64,000 nt of DNA from Mobula hypostoma (Eukaryota), in the NCBI RefSeq assembly GCF_963921235.1, contig NC_086097.1, positions 150,476,001 to 150,540,000 of the forward strand, written 5' to 3'. The notes under the pieces were generated by a model. That model made no database searches. It was not told where the DNA came from and worked only from the letters and a program-made list of their open reading frames with translations. A program made the position numbers and the translations under genes. Shown piece by piece: positions 48,369 through 60,787 of the stretch (position 1 is the first letter of the stretch; the number at the start of each line of letters is the position of its first letter).

Positions 48369-51300
48369 GGGGTGACGTACTGTGATGACGTGGGATGGAG
48401 ACGTATGAATCCAGCTCTCCCGTAAAAAATCAGCAAAGTACCGTTTAAACAAAGCAAAGTTAATAAATACTTTCCGAAAACTACTTATAAACTTCTCAAG
48501 ACTATTTTACGATATGCCTCATAAACCGCAACAGAAGAAGACTGCTGTTGTGAAGTCGCCACGAGACAGGAAGAAAAAATGGCCTACTGCAGCGATGGAA
48601 CCTTGGACTCAGGTTGGATCTTCTTCAAAAGACACACATTTTATCTCTGGCATAGAAGAACAGGGAGCAATGGCGGCGGTAGCGGTCCCTGAGAAGAAGA
48701 TGCCGGAATTGCGCATGTACAAAGAAGTAGGCATGTGCAAATCGATACAACTCAAACTACAAGAACTGACGGCCACTGCAAGCGAAAATGACTCAGAGTC
48801 AGAATTGGATTCCGCAGAGAACACAGATGATGAAGAAGAGGAAGAAGAACTGGAAGAGACTAAAAGTAAAGGATATGATGGAGACATAAAAGAGGTTTTA
48901 TTGCAAGTAATGATTGAATTAAAAGGATTAAAAATAGAGATTAGAAACATGAAGCTGAGCTATGATAAAGCTATGAAAAGACAGGAGAAAATGGATAAGA
49001 AACTTCAAAAGTTGGAAAGAACAATGGAGCATATTAATGACAGAGTGGAAAAAACAGAAAATGATGTGCTTGTCTGGAAAACGGAAAGAAATTGACTGTT
49101 GGAAAAAGTGGACGTGCTGGAAAATTTTAGTAGATAAAATAATATTAAGATTGTTGGTCTTAAAGAAGGTATAGAGGGAGACAATCCAATAGAATTTTTT
49201 CTAAGATGGATCCCGGAAACTTTGCAAATGAAAGGGGGAGACCAATCAATTGAAATTGAACGGGCACATAGAGCTCTTAAGACCAAAACCTCAAGATGAC
49301 CAATATCCACGATCAATTTTAATAAAATGTTTAAGATTTCAAGACAAAGAAAGGATTCTATAGGCAGCTGCTCAAGCTGCCAAGAATAGAAAAGGAGCAT
49401 TGATGATAGAAGAGAACAAATTTTTTTTCTACGCTGACATAAGTTACAAAATTTGAAGAGAAGGAAGAAATTTAATCCAGTGAAAGAGGTCCTATGGGAT
49501 CACGGCTATCAATTTATACTGCGCTACCCTGCAACCTTGAAGATTTTTTGGCTGGCGGAGAAAAAGGATTTTTTGACGATTACCAGAAAGCAGAGGAGTT
49601 TGTGCAAGATTCTTTGAAGATACAAGAACAAAACCAGGGGAGCGAGATGGATTAAAGATGAAGATTTGGTCGAGGAATAGACTTGGTGGATTTTTAAAGG
49701 TGAAAGAATATATAAATATATTATTAATTATATGATAGCGGGGAAGAAAGGTTAAAGTCTGAAGAATATTAGTTGCGAATAGTGACCTTAATTTTTCTAT
49801 ATATATACAATTTTTTTTGTTCCGGGGGAGCTGGAAGAAATACTGACCAATCGCTACAGAATTCATGTGTGCAAGCATGGCTATAGCCACGACCCGCAAA
49901 ATGGAGTGGGGTAGTATTGTCCTTTTTTTCATTCACAACATTAGTAGGGGGGTATTTTGTTATTTTTCCTTTTGTATCATATCTATCTTTTGTTTCTTTC
50001 CTTTTGCCTGGATGATTGGGAGGGAAACACATAGCAACATGGTGAAGTTTAAAGAGATTCCCCAAGGAACTATGAGAGTTAAGATGTTAAGTAATGTTTT
50101 TTCCAAATTATGAACCCTCATGAATATTTATGCACCAAATGAAAATGATGCAAAATTTATACAAGAAGCTTTTTTGAATTTGGCTGATGCACATGAAAAA
50201 ATATTAATAGGAGGAGATTTTAATTTTTGCCTAGACCCAGTCTTAGATAGATCAACGAAGGCTGTTACAAAATCGGAGGTAGTAAAACTAACTTTATCAT
50301 TGATGAAAGATTTAAATTTGATTGTTATATGGAGAAGAAACAATCCCAAAGAAAGAGACTATTCGTTCTACTCTAATAGACACAAAACTTACTCAAGGAT
50401 AGATTTTTTCCTATTATCAATCAATATTCAACACAGAGTGAAAAATATGGAATATAAAGCAAAAATATTGTCAGATCACTCTCCTTTATTAATGACAATA
50501 ATAATGACTGATAAGGAAGAAGTGACTTATAGATGGAGATTTAATTCAATATTATTAAAACGTCAAGATTTTTGTGATTTTGTGAAAAATCAGATCCAAT
50601 TTTTTTTGGATACAAACTCATTCAGTGGATGATAAATTTATACTATGGGATGTGATGAATGCATATTTGAGGGGTCAGATAATAAGTTATACGTATAAAA
50701 TTAAGAAAGAATATATGGCAGAACTAGATCAATTGGAATAAGAGATTACAAAATTAGAAAAAGAATCTCAAAGACATGCGACAGAAGGAAAACGAAGACA
50801 ACTTGTCAGTAGGAAGTTACAATATAATATGCTTCAGACATATAGAACGGAAAAAGCAATCATGAGAACTAAGCAAAGGTATTATGAGTTAGGTGAGAGA
50901 GCACACAAAATTCTTGCTTGGCAGTTGAAAACAGAGCAGGCTTCCAAAACGATAAATGCAATTAGAACAAGAGCAAATAAAATTACTTCTAAACCTTTAG
51001 GAATTAATGAAACCTTCAAAAGTTTCTATTCTTTATTATAGCAATCGGAATTACAAAATGATGTTAATGAGATAGAAAGGTTTTTATCACAAATAACTCT
51101 TCCAAAATTGAATTCGGAGGAACAGAAGGGATTAGATATGCCCTTTACATTAAAAGAGATTGAAGAAGCTTTAGGATCACTTCAAAGTAATAAATCTCCA
51201 GGACAGGATGGTTTCCCACCTGAATTTTATAAAAAGTTTGAAGATTTATTATTTCCTCCTTTTATGAAGTTAATACGTCAAGCGGAAAAAATACATAAAC

Positions 51301-53825
51301 TCCCAGAATCTTTCTCAACAGCGATTGTAATAGTATTGCCAAAAAAAGGATAGAGATCCTTTAAAAACCAGCATCATATAGGCCTATTTCTTTGTTGAAC
51401 ACGGATTATAAAATAATAGCAAACATTTTATTGAATAGATTATCTAAATATTTACCAAAATTAATACATATGGATCAAACAGGATTTATTAAAAATAGAC
51501 AATTGGCAGATAATGTAACTCGGCTACTCAGTATAATTCATTTGGCACGAAAAAGGGAGGAGATGAGTATAGTAGTAGCCTTGGATGCAGAAAAAGCATT
51601 TGATAGATTGGAATTGGATTTTTTATTAAAAGTATTAGAAAAATATGGGTTAGGAACACCTTTTATAAACTGGATTAAAACTTTAAATACTAACCCTAAT
51701 GGTAAAGTAGTGACAAATAGTCAAATTTCAACACCATCCCCATTAAAAAGGTCAACTGGACAAGGTTGTCCATTATCACCCGCTTTATTTGTACTGGCGA
51801 TAGAGCCATTAGCAGAACTAATTAGAATTGATTCCGATATTAAGGGTTTTAGAGTTATTCAGGAGGAATATAAAATTAATCTATTTGCTGATGATGTTTT
51901 GATTTACTTAACAAACCCACAGCATTCGTTATGTAAATTATCTTCTAGGTTGGATGAATATGGGAAAGTATCAGGGTATAAGATAAATTGGGATAAAAGT
52001 GAAATTTTACCTCTTACTAAAGGAGACTATAGCCAATGTCGATTAGCAACCCAATTTAGATGGCCGGTAAATGGTATAAAGTATTTAGGTATAAGACTTG
52101 ATAATGATGTAAAGAATTTATATAAATTTAATTATTTACCACTATTGAAAAAAATTCAAGGAGAGCTTGACAAATGGATGATACTACCAATAACATTAGT
52201 GGGTAGAGTCAATGTTGTAAAAATGAATATATTTCCTAGATTACAGTATTTGTTTCAAACATTACCAATATAATTGCCACAGAAATTTTTTCAAGAGTTA
52301 AATAAATGTGTGAGAAAATTTCTTTGGAAAGGTAAGATGCCAAGAATATCATTGGAAAAATTGACATGGAAATTTGAATTGGGAGGGTTACAACTTCCAA
52401 ACTTTAAGAATTATTATAAAGCAAATCAACTTTGATTTATTGCATCTTTCTTTGACGAACAAAAAGTGGCAATGGATTAGAATAGAATTAGATAAGATAG
52501 GAGAAAATACACCCGAAGATTTTATACATAAATGGGAATCTAAATGGATACGGGATAGAAAGAATCTCCTATATTAAACATTTGATTGATCTATGGAATA
52601 AGATAGATGTTGATAATGAAATAAAGAAATCTTTATTAGCAAGGAGACCTTTGATTCAAAACAGACTTATTCCTTTTACAATGGATAATCAACGTTTATA
52701 TAATTGGTATCAAAAAGAGATTAGATGTATAGGAGACTGTTATGAAGGAGGTATATTGATGTCATTTGAACAATTAAAGAATAATTATAAAATATCAAAT
52801 AACACTTTCTTTTGTTACCTTCAATTAAGGGCTTATTTAAGAGACAAACTGGGTCAAACAATGTTTTTGCCGAAACCTAATGAAATTGAAATTTTAATTC
52901 AAAAAGGAAAAATTTAAAAAATTATTTCTTTTATGTATAATCTGATTCAAAAACAGACACTTAAACAAGGAATTCACAAGACCAGACAAAAATGGGAAAC
53001 GGATTTGGGTATTAATATTGATGAAACAAATTGGTCAAGATTATGTCTTGACAGTATGACAAATACAATAAATGTTCGACTTAGATTAGTACAACATAAT
53101 TTTTTACACCAATTATATATTACACCGCAAAAAATAAATAGATTAAATTCAAACTTATCTGATCAATGTTTTCAGTGTAATCAAGAAATTGGCACTTTTT
53201 TACATTCTACTTGGTCCTGTTCCAAAATTCAACCTTTTTGGATAAATTTAAGAGTTTTATTGGAACAAATTACTGGAACTCAACTTCCACATAACCCTAT
53301 ATTATTTCTATTAGGTGATATTGAAGGGATAAAACCGAAACCTAAATTGAATAAATACCAGAAAGAATTTATAAGAATTGCATTGGCAGTAGCCAAGAAG
53401 GCTATAGCAGTTACGTGGAAATCTGATTTGTATTTAAGTATGGATCGTTGGAATAATGAAATTCTTAGCTGTATTCCACTTGAAAAAATTACTTATAATT
53501 TAAGAGATAAATATGATACATTTTTGAATATTTGGCACCCTTATTTACAAAAGATAGGTTGGCATATTTAGGTACTCTGATGATAAAGATGTTGGTCCTT
53601 TGGGGAAAGTAAAAAATAAATATATTAAATTTATTTGAATCCTGTGGAGCATGTGGAGACCTTCCAATATCCAGGAAATCTTTCTTTCTTTCTTTTTTTT
53701 TCTTTTTCTTTCTTTTAGGTAGGGGTATATATCGGGGGGAGGGGTTAAGAAGAGGGGGGAGGGTAGATATTGTTATTCCATGTAATCAAGCGTGAAAACT
53801 TAATAAAAATTATATATAAAAAAAA
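48369..53825 (+). mobile_element. Near full-length but mutated L1-clade LINE (5'UTR, ORF1 from 48514, ORF2 pieces 50120-53571, poly(A)); apparently chimeric
   Basis: ORF1 coiled coil plus LENFSR.NNIKIVGLKEG and IEIERAHR; ORF2 NIYAPN, LDAEKAFD, FADD, CxxC..H..C; the 5' and 3' flanks do not share a TSD. Confidence 0.92.
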
Positions 53826-54536
53826 GCAAGCCGGGCAGCATTTGTGGAAAGAGAAATAATTAAATGGGCCCTGAAGAAGGGTTTGGCGTGAAATGATGAC
53901 TGTTTATTCTTTTCCATAGATTCTGTCTGACCAACTGAATTCCTCCAGTGTTTTGTGTGTGTTGTTTTGGATTTCCAGCATCTGCTGATTTTCTTGTGTT
54001 TGCAATTAAATTTGTACTTTTTTGATCCTTGCTGAGTGTTTCCAGTATCATCTGGTTTAATCCGTACACACACCACAAAGCCTTATCCTTGTTTCCTGAT
54101 GCAGTTTCTATAGTTTCAGTAAAGGTAAAGAAAGGCAGTTCAAAACCTGTTCTGACTGAAGATAGTCCTTGTAGTTACACTCTGGGGATCTGTTCCCCAC
54201 TCCTACTACTTCCCTGTATTATTTCTTATTCAGAGTCAAGTCACTTCTGTATCATGTTTGCCTGGACTTGGGTTGCATGCAGACTCTCAGTTCACTGGAT
54301 TTATTTCAATGCTATGAACATTCAGGGTCATGGTCTTCAATTCTGTAACCTTTAGGCTTATCTACTGATGCACTCGTAAATTTGCACAGCCCATCCCTTC
54401 CTATCACGTTTTGTTGATCATTTCTGTATTAATAGCTTTGTCTCTATCCTTTGCCCCCATGAGTTAACCTCCATCCATAAATGATCTTCATGTGAACTAT
54501 AGGCCCTGCCAAACTCTCATTTCTCCAAAAAAAAAG

Positions 54537-54982
54537 CAACCTGCTGTCGGAACTCATCAAAGGTTCCGTTATTGTTCAGACCAAACATCAGAATGGGGAC
54601 TGTGGAATGATTGTTGGTACCAGGCGGGGTATTTCAGAAGCTGCTGATCTCCTGGGATTTTCACGCATATCAGTCTGTAGAGCTTATAGAAAACGGTGTG
54701 TAAAACAAAATTTATACAGTGAGTGGCAGTCCTGTGGGCAAAAATGGCTCATTAATGAAAGAGGTCAGAGATGAATAGCCAGACTGGTTCAAGCTGACAG
54801 GAAGGCATCCGTAACTCAAATAACCATGCATTACAGCAATGGTGTGCAGAAAAGCACCTCTGAAAACACAACGCGTCGATCCTTGAAGTGGATGGGCTAC
54901 AGCAGCAGAAGACCACAAACATAAATTCAGTGGCCACTTTACTAGATTTAGGAGGTACCTAATAAGGTGGCCACTCAGAGTA
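54537..54982 (+). mobile_element. Tc1/mariner-like remnant with TIR sequence at the 3' end
   Basis: GMIVG.R...ISEAADLLGFS HTH-like remnant; cagtggccacttt...aaggtggccactcagag followed by TA. Confidence 0.65.
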
Positions 54983-55530
54983 TAGTCAGAGTAATACAAC
55001 ACAGTAACAGGCCCTTTGGCCCATTGTCCATCCCAACCGAGTTGCCCATCCAGGCTAGTCCCATCTACCTTAAACCTCTCCTGTCCCAGTACCTGTCCAA
55101 ATGTCTTTTAAATGTTGTTACTGTACCCTCCTCAACCACTTCCTCTGACAACATGTTTGATATAAGCACCGTCTGCATGAGTTCCTTTTATATCTTTCTC
55201 CTCCCATCTTAAACCCGTGTCCTCTAGTTTTTAACCTCTTCTGGAATACTGTACAAGTTCAAAGTTCAAAGTAAATGTATTACCAAAGTACATATATGTC
55301 ACCATATACAACCCTCAGATTTATTTTCTTGCAGGCATTCACAGTAAATCCATAACAGAATGATGACCATCATAAAATCAACATAAGACCACACCAAATG
55401 GGTGTTCAACCAGTGTGCAAATACAAAAAGAAAGAAGTAATAATAAAAAAAATATATAAACAATAAATATCAAGAACATTAGATGAAGAACCCTTGAAAG
55501 TGAGTCCATAGGTCATGGGAACATTTCAGT

Positions 55531-55692
55531 AACACTCAAAACATGCTGGAGGAACTCAGCAGTCGGGCAGCATCGGTGGAAACGATGAGTCGACGTTTCG
55601 GGTCGGAACCCTTCGTCAGGTCGCCCGACCTGCTGAGTTCCTCCGGCGTGTTGTGAGTGTTGCTTTGATCCCAGCATCTGCAGATTATTTTG
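55531..55692. mobile_element. Short palindromic Penelope-type insertion with 15-bp TSD
   Basis: Inverted arms aacactc..gaggaactcagcag / ctgctgagttcctc..gagtgtt; direct repeat tgggaacat(t/g)tcagt at 55516-55530 and 55693-55707. Confidence 0.7.
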
Positions 55693-56160
55693 TGGGAACA
55701 TGTCAGTGATGGGGCAAGTGAAATTGAGTGAAGTTATTCCTTCTGGTTCAAGAGCCTGATGGGTGAGGGATAATAACTGTTCCTGAAGCTGGTGCTAGCC
55801 ACGATATTAATGAATGATGGAAAAGCAAAATGGGGTCTGATAGCCCTTTCCTACTCATTTTTCTTCCATTCTTACACTTAATGCATGTGGAAGGAATTGG
55901 TATTTTTCGGCTGCCCCTTTGTTGTCAACTTTAGGTAAGTTTTTACTTAAAGAAGATATTTATTCCTGCGTTTACAGGAGACTGCAGGTGCTGAAATCTG
56001 GAGCAAAAAATAAATTGCTGCAGGAGCTCAGCAGGCCGGGCAGCATCTGTAGACGATAGTTGAATTTTCAGGTCGAGAATCTGCATCTGAGCACAATACT
56101 CCTGCCTTTATTGCTGTAAGTTATCAGAAATAATCGGTTGCACTGGATGGCATTACTCAC

Positions 56161-56334
56161 CATCAGCAGTATGCAACAGTTTATGACTCTTCAGGCTGCC
56201 TTTTGATTTGAATTTCTTTCCACACAGATCACAGAGGTGGGTTTTCTCGGTGCTGTGACGGTTCATGTGGGCTCTCAAGTTGCTCTTACTGCGTGTGGCA
56301 TAGTCACAAATGGAACACTTGAAGGGCTTCAGTC
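56161..56334 (-). CDS. ZFAT: ZFAT coding exon 'A' (two C2H2 fingers): (G)LKPFKCSICDYATRSKSNLRAHMNRHSTEKTHLCDLCGKKFKSKGSLKSHKLLHTAD(G)
   Basis: Manual minus-strand translation; ctccag acceptor and gtgagt donor; 174 nt, phase 1/1; near-identical to the recalled vertebrate ZFAT segment KPFKCSLCEYATRSKSNLKAHMNRHSTEKTHLCDMCGKKFKSKGTLKSHKLLHTADG. The exon letters are my own labels. Confidence 0.92.
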
Positions 56335-56689
56335 CTGGAGGTGAAGCAAAATGTCAATATTACTGCACAGGACACATGAAAAAACAACTACACTTATGCA
56401 TTGATGACAGTTTTGCTGTTGTTTTTTTTAAACATCAATTAATTGTTTTCCCTAATTAAATCACTATTTCTATGTATTTCAGCAGACATCTAAAACCTGT
56501 AAAGAAAGCAACAATTGCTGCAAATGCCCAACAGATCAGGCAGCACCTGCAGAGAAGAATGGTAACGTTTCAGATTTAGGATAAGAATGAGAGAAAATGT
56601 TATTTCAAGATGTAGGAAAAGGATGGAGAAGAAGAAAGGCCAAAAGTTTGTGATAGAGTGGAGAGCAAGTAGGATTAAAGCAGACTGAA

Positions 56690-58950
56690 AAAATCACGAA
56701 CCAATTACCATCAACAGATCACTTGCAATACCAGAGGACACAACACACTAGACCATTGTTACATCACCATCAAGAATGCCTACCGTGCTATTCCACGCCC
56801 TCACTTCGGGAAGTCAGATCACCTGGCTGTACTTCTACTCCCTGAGTATAGGCAGAGACTGAAGACTGCAGCACCAGTGGTGAGGATCAAGAAGGTATGA
56901 ACAAGGGAAGCACAGGAGCGCCTACAGGACTGCTTTGAATCGGTGGACTGGACTGTATTCAGGGATTCATCTTCAAACCTGGATGAGTATACTCCAGATG
57001 TTACCGACTTCATTAAACCCTGTGTGGATGAGTGTGTGCCTACAAAGACACTGTACTTTCCTAAACCAAAAGCCATGGATGAACCAGGAGGTACATCATC
57101 TACTGAAGGCTAGATTTGTGGCATTCAAGTCTGGCGACCCAGGTCTGTACCAGAAAACCAGGTATGATCTGCATGGGGCTACTTCAAGGGTGAAGAGACA
57201 ATTTCAAATGAGGTTGGAAGTGGCATCAGATGCACGGCAACTCTGTCAGGGTTTGCAAGACATTACTTCCTACAAAACGAAACCCGATAGCATGAATGGC
57301 AGCGATGCTTCACTACAAGATGAACACAATGCTTTCTATGCCCACTTTGAAAGGGAGAACACAACTACAGCTGTGAAGATCCCTGCTGCACCTGATGATC
57401 CTGTGATCTCTGTCTCAGAGGCCAACGTTAGACTGTCTTTAAAGTGAGTGAACCCTCGCAAGGCGGAAGGTCCAGATGGAGTACCTGGTAAGGCTCTGAA
57501 AACCTAGCGGGAGTATTCAAGGATATTTTCAACCTCTCACTGCTATAGGCGGAAGTCTCCACTTGCTTCAAAAAGGCAACAATTATACCAATGCCTATGA
57601 AGAATAATGTGAGCTGCCTTAATGACTATTAAGCACTCACATCTGCAGTGATGAAATGCTTTGAGAGGTTGGTCATGACTGGACTGAACTCCTGCCTCAG
57701 CAAGGACCCATTATAATTAGCCTATCGCCACAATTGGTCAATGGCAGATGCAATCTCAATGGCTCTCCACATGGCTTTAGAACACTTGGCAACACAAACA
57801 CTTATGTCAGGATGCTGTTCGTCGACTACAGCTCAGCATTTAATACCATCATTCCCACAATGCTGATTGAGAAGTTGCAGAGCCTGGGCCTCTGTACCTC
57901 CCTCTGCAATTGGATCCTCAACTTCCTAACCGGAAAACCACAATCTGTGCAGATTGGTGATTACATAGCCTCCTCGCTGACGATCAACACTAGCGCACCT
58001 CAGGGGCGTGTGCTTAACCCACTGCTTTACTCTCTATATACACATATGGCTCGGCATAGCTCAAATACCATACAACCATTGTTGGTAGAATCTCAGGTGG
58101 TGACGAGAGGGTGTACAGGAGTGAGATATGCCAACTAGTGGACTGGTGCCGCAGCAACAACCTGACACTCAACGTCAGTAAGACGAAAGAGCTGATTGTG
58201 GACTTCAGGAAGGGTAAGACAAGGAGTACATACCAATCCTCATAGAGGGATCAGAAGAGGAGAGAGTGAGCAGCTTCAAGTTCCTAGGTGTCAAGATCTC
58301 TGAGGATCTAACCTGGTCCCAACATATCGGTGTAGTTATGAAGAAGGTAAGACAGCGGCTATATTTCATTAGGAATCTGAAGAGATTTGGTATGTCAACA
58401 AATACACTCAAAAACTTCTACAGATGTACCATGGAGAGCATTCTGACAGGCTGCACCACTGTCTGATATGGTGGGGGGTGAGGCTACTGCACAGGACCGA
58501 AAGAAGCTGCAGAGGTTGTAAATGTAGTCAGCTCCATCTTGGGTACTAGCCTACAAAGTACCCAGGACATCTTCAGGGAGCGGTGTCTCAGAAAGGCAGC
58601 ACCCATTATTAAGGACCTCCAGCACCAAAGGCATGCCCTATTCTCAGTGTTACCATCAAGTAGGAGGTACAGAAGCCTGAAAGCACACACTCAGCGATTC
58701 AGGAACAGCTTCATCCCCTCTGCCATCCAATTCCTAAATGGACATTGAAACCTTGGACACTACCTCACTTTTTTTTTCTGTTTTTTGCACATTTTTAATC
58801 TATTCAATACACATATACTGTAATTGATTTACTCATTTATTTATTATTACTATTTTTTTCTCTTCTATTTTATGTATTGCATTGAACTGCTGCTGCTAAG
58901 TTAACAAATTTCATGTCACATGCCGGTGATAATAAACCTGATTCTGATTT
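56690..58950 (+). mobile_element. Rex1/Babar-like LINE, frameshifted
   Basis: NQKPWMNQEV, MLFVDYSSAFNTIIP, SAPQG, SSFKFLGV, RLYFIR; aataaacctgattctgatt tail. Confidence 0.85.
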
Positions 58951-59197
58951 TATTCCAATTAAACCACATAAAATAATTAAAATAATTTTAAAGCTCATAT
59001 TTATTTCTTTATATTTATTTCTAGCCCAGGAATGTTTGTGGCAGGCCAACATTTATTTACTATGCCTATTTATTCTCTGGAATTGACTTCAAGAGAGAGA
59101 ATTTGCAGAATGTCTGAGGGATGGCTTTTTTGAACAGCTTGTGTTGAGCCCACTAGGGGATCGGCTGTGCTGGATTGGGTGTTGTGCGATGATCCAG

Positions 59198-60787
59198 TGA
59201 CATAATGGGGGGCATTTGGAACGGACCCAAATGCAAGACACAGACACTGAAGTACTAGGAACAGGACTTGACTAGAGAACTAGCGCAAGGGACGGGACTG
59301 GAAGCAGACAAGGAGTTGGGACAGGAATTGCAGCTTAATGTGAAAAAGACTAAGGAGCTGGTGGTAGACCTGAGGAGATCTAAGGTACCGGTGACCCCTG
59401 TTTCCATTCAGGGAGTCAGTGTGGACATGGTGGAGGATTACAAATACCTGGGGATACGAATTGACAATAAACTGGACCGGTCAAAGAAAACTGAGGCTGT
59501 CTACAAGAAGGGTCAGAGCTGTCTCTATTTCCTGAGGAGACTGAGGTCCTTTAACATCTGCTGGACAATGCTGAGGATGTTCTACAAGTCTGTGGTGGCC
59601 AGTGCTATCATGTTTGCTGTTGTGTGCTGGGGCAGCAGGCTGAGGGTGGCAGACACCAACAGAATCAACAAACTCATTCGTAAGGCCAGTAATGTTGTGG
59701 GAATGGAACTACTCTCTCACGGTGGTGTCTGAAAAGAGGATGCTGTCTAAGTTGCATGCCATCTTGGTCAATGTCTCCCATCCACTACATAATGTACTGG
59801 GTGGGCACAGGAGTACATTCAGCCAGAGACTCATTCCACCGAGATGCAACATAGAGCATCATAGGAAGTCATTCCTGCCTGTGGCCATCAAACTTTACAA
59901 CTCCTCCCTTGGAGGGTCAGACACCCTGAGCCAATAGGCTGGTCCTGGACTTATTTCATAATTTACTGGCATAATTTACATATTATTATTTAACTATTTA
60001 TGGTTTTATTACTATTTATGGAGCAACTGTAACGAAAACCAATTTCCCCTGGGATTAATAAAGTATGACTATGACTGTGACTATGAATACAGACTAGGCT
60101 AGGGAAGCAGGACCAGGAAGAGGGACTGGGAACAAGGAGCCTGGGCGTGGACTCCAAGCCAGAGACTGGACAAGGACCCAGAACTTGGGTCTTAGCTCGG
60201 GCTCGGACCCCAAAACTAGGTGAAGACATGACGAGGCTCGAGTTCCTGGAGGACAGGCGAAGACATGACGAGGCTTGGGTTGCTGGAGAACAGGCGAAGA
60301 CGTGATGAGGCTCGGGTCCTTGGAGGCTCAACGAGGACATGACGGGGCAAGGGTACTTCGAGGCAACTCCTAGGCAGGTCACAGGACTCACCCCTACGGA
60401 GGCAAGGACAAGAAGGGACAGACCCAACCGCAGGGTAACGGCAAACGGCCTGGCTTACCCGACAGAGGCAGGACAGGAAGGGAGCTAGGTCCGGGGTGGC
60501 TCCAAGACTTGAGGCAGCCGGTAACCTTGGCAGGCTATGGAACAGCCAAATCCATATCCCGATGACTGCACTAGCCTTCCTCTGGTGGGTTGCCCCAAGG
60601 GGAGACTGACAAGCCAACCCAGCAACCACACTCGATCCCACAGCCACTTATATTACCAGCCCCAAGATGAGCATCAGGTGCATATGGTTAAGTCCAACCA
60701 AAACCAGGGACAGCCGGAAGACCTAGAGTCCAGAGTCTGCGGACCGGACTATGAACCGGAATGCGGACGTCGGACCAGACTATGACA
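59198..60787. mobile_element. Probable solo LTR inserted in CR1, containing a nested Rex1-like LINE (about 59325-60085)
   Basis: Ends TGACATA...TATGACA; 5-bp TSD TCCAG at 59193-59197 and 60788-60792; the CR1 reading resumes after it; internal gacatgacgaggct repeats; the nested LINE ends in (TATGAC)n. Confidence 0.72.

Noticed and set aside
60222..60345. Spaced gacatgacgaggct repeats as a CRISPR-like array
   Set aside because: Eukaryotic context, degenerate repeats with related spacers, no cas genes; they are internal repeats of the probable solo LTR.
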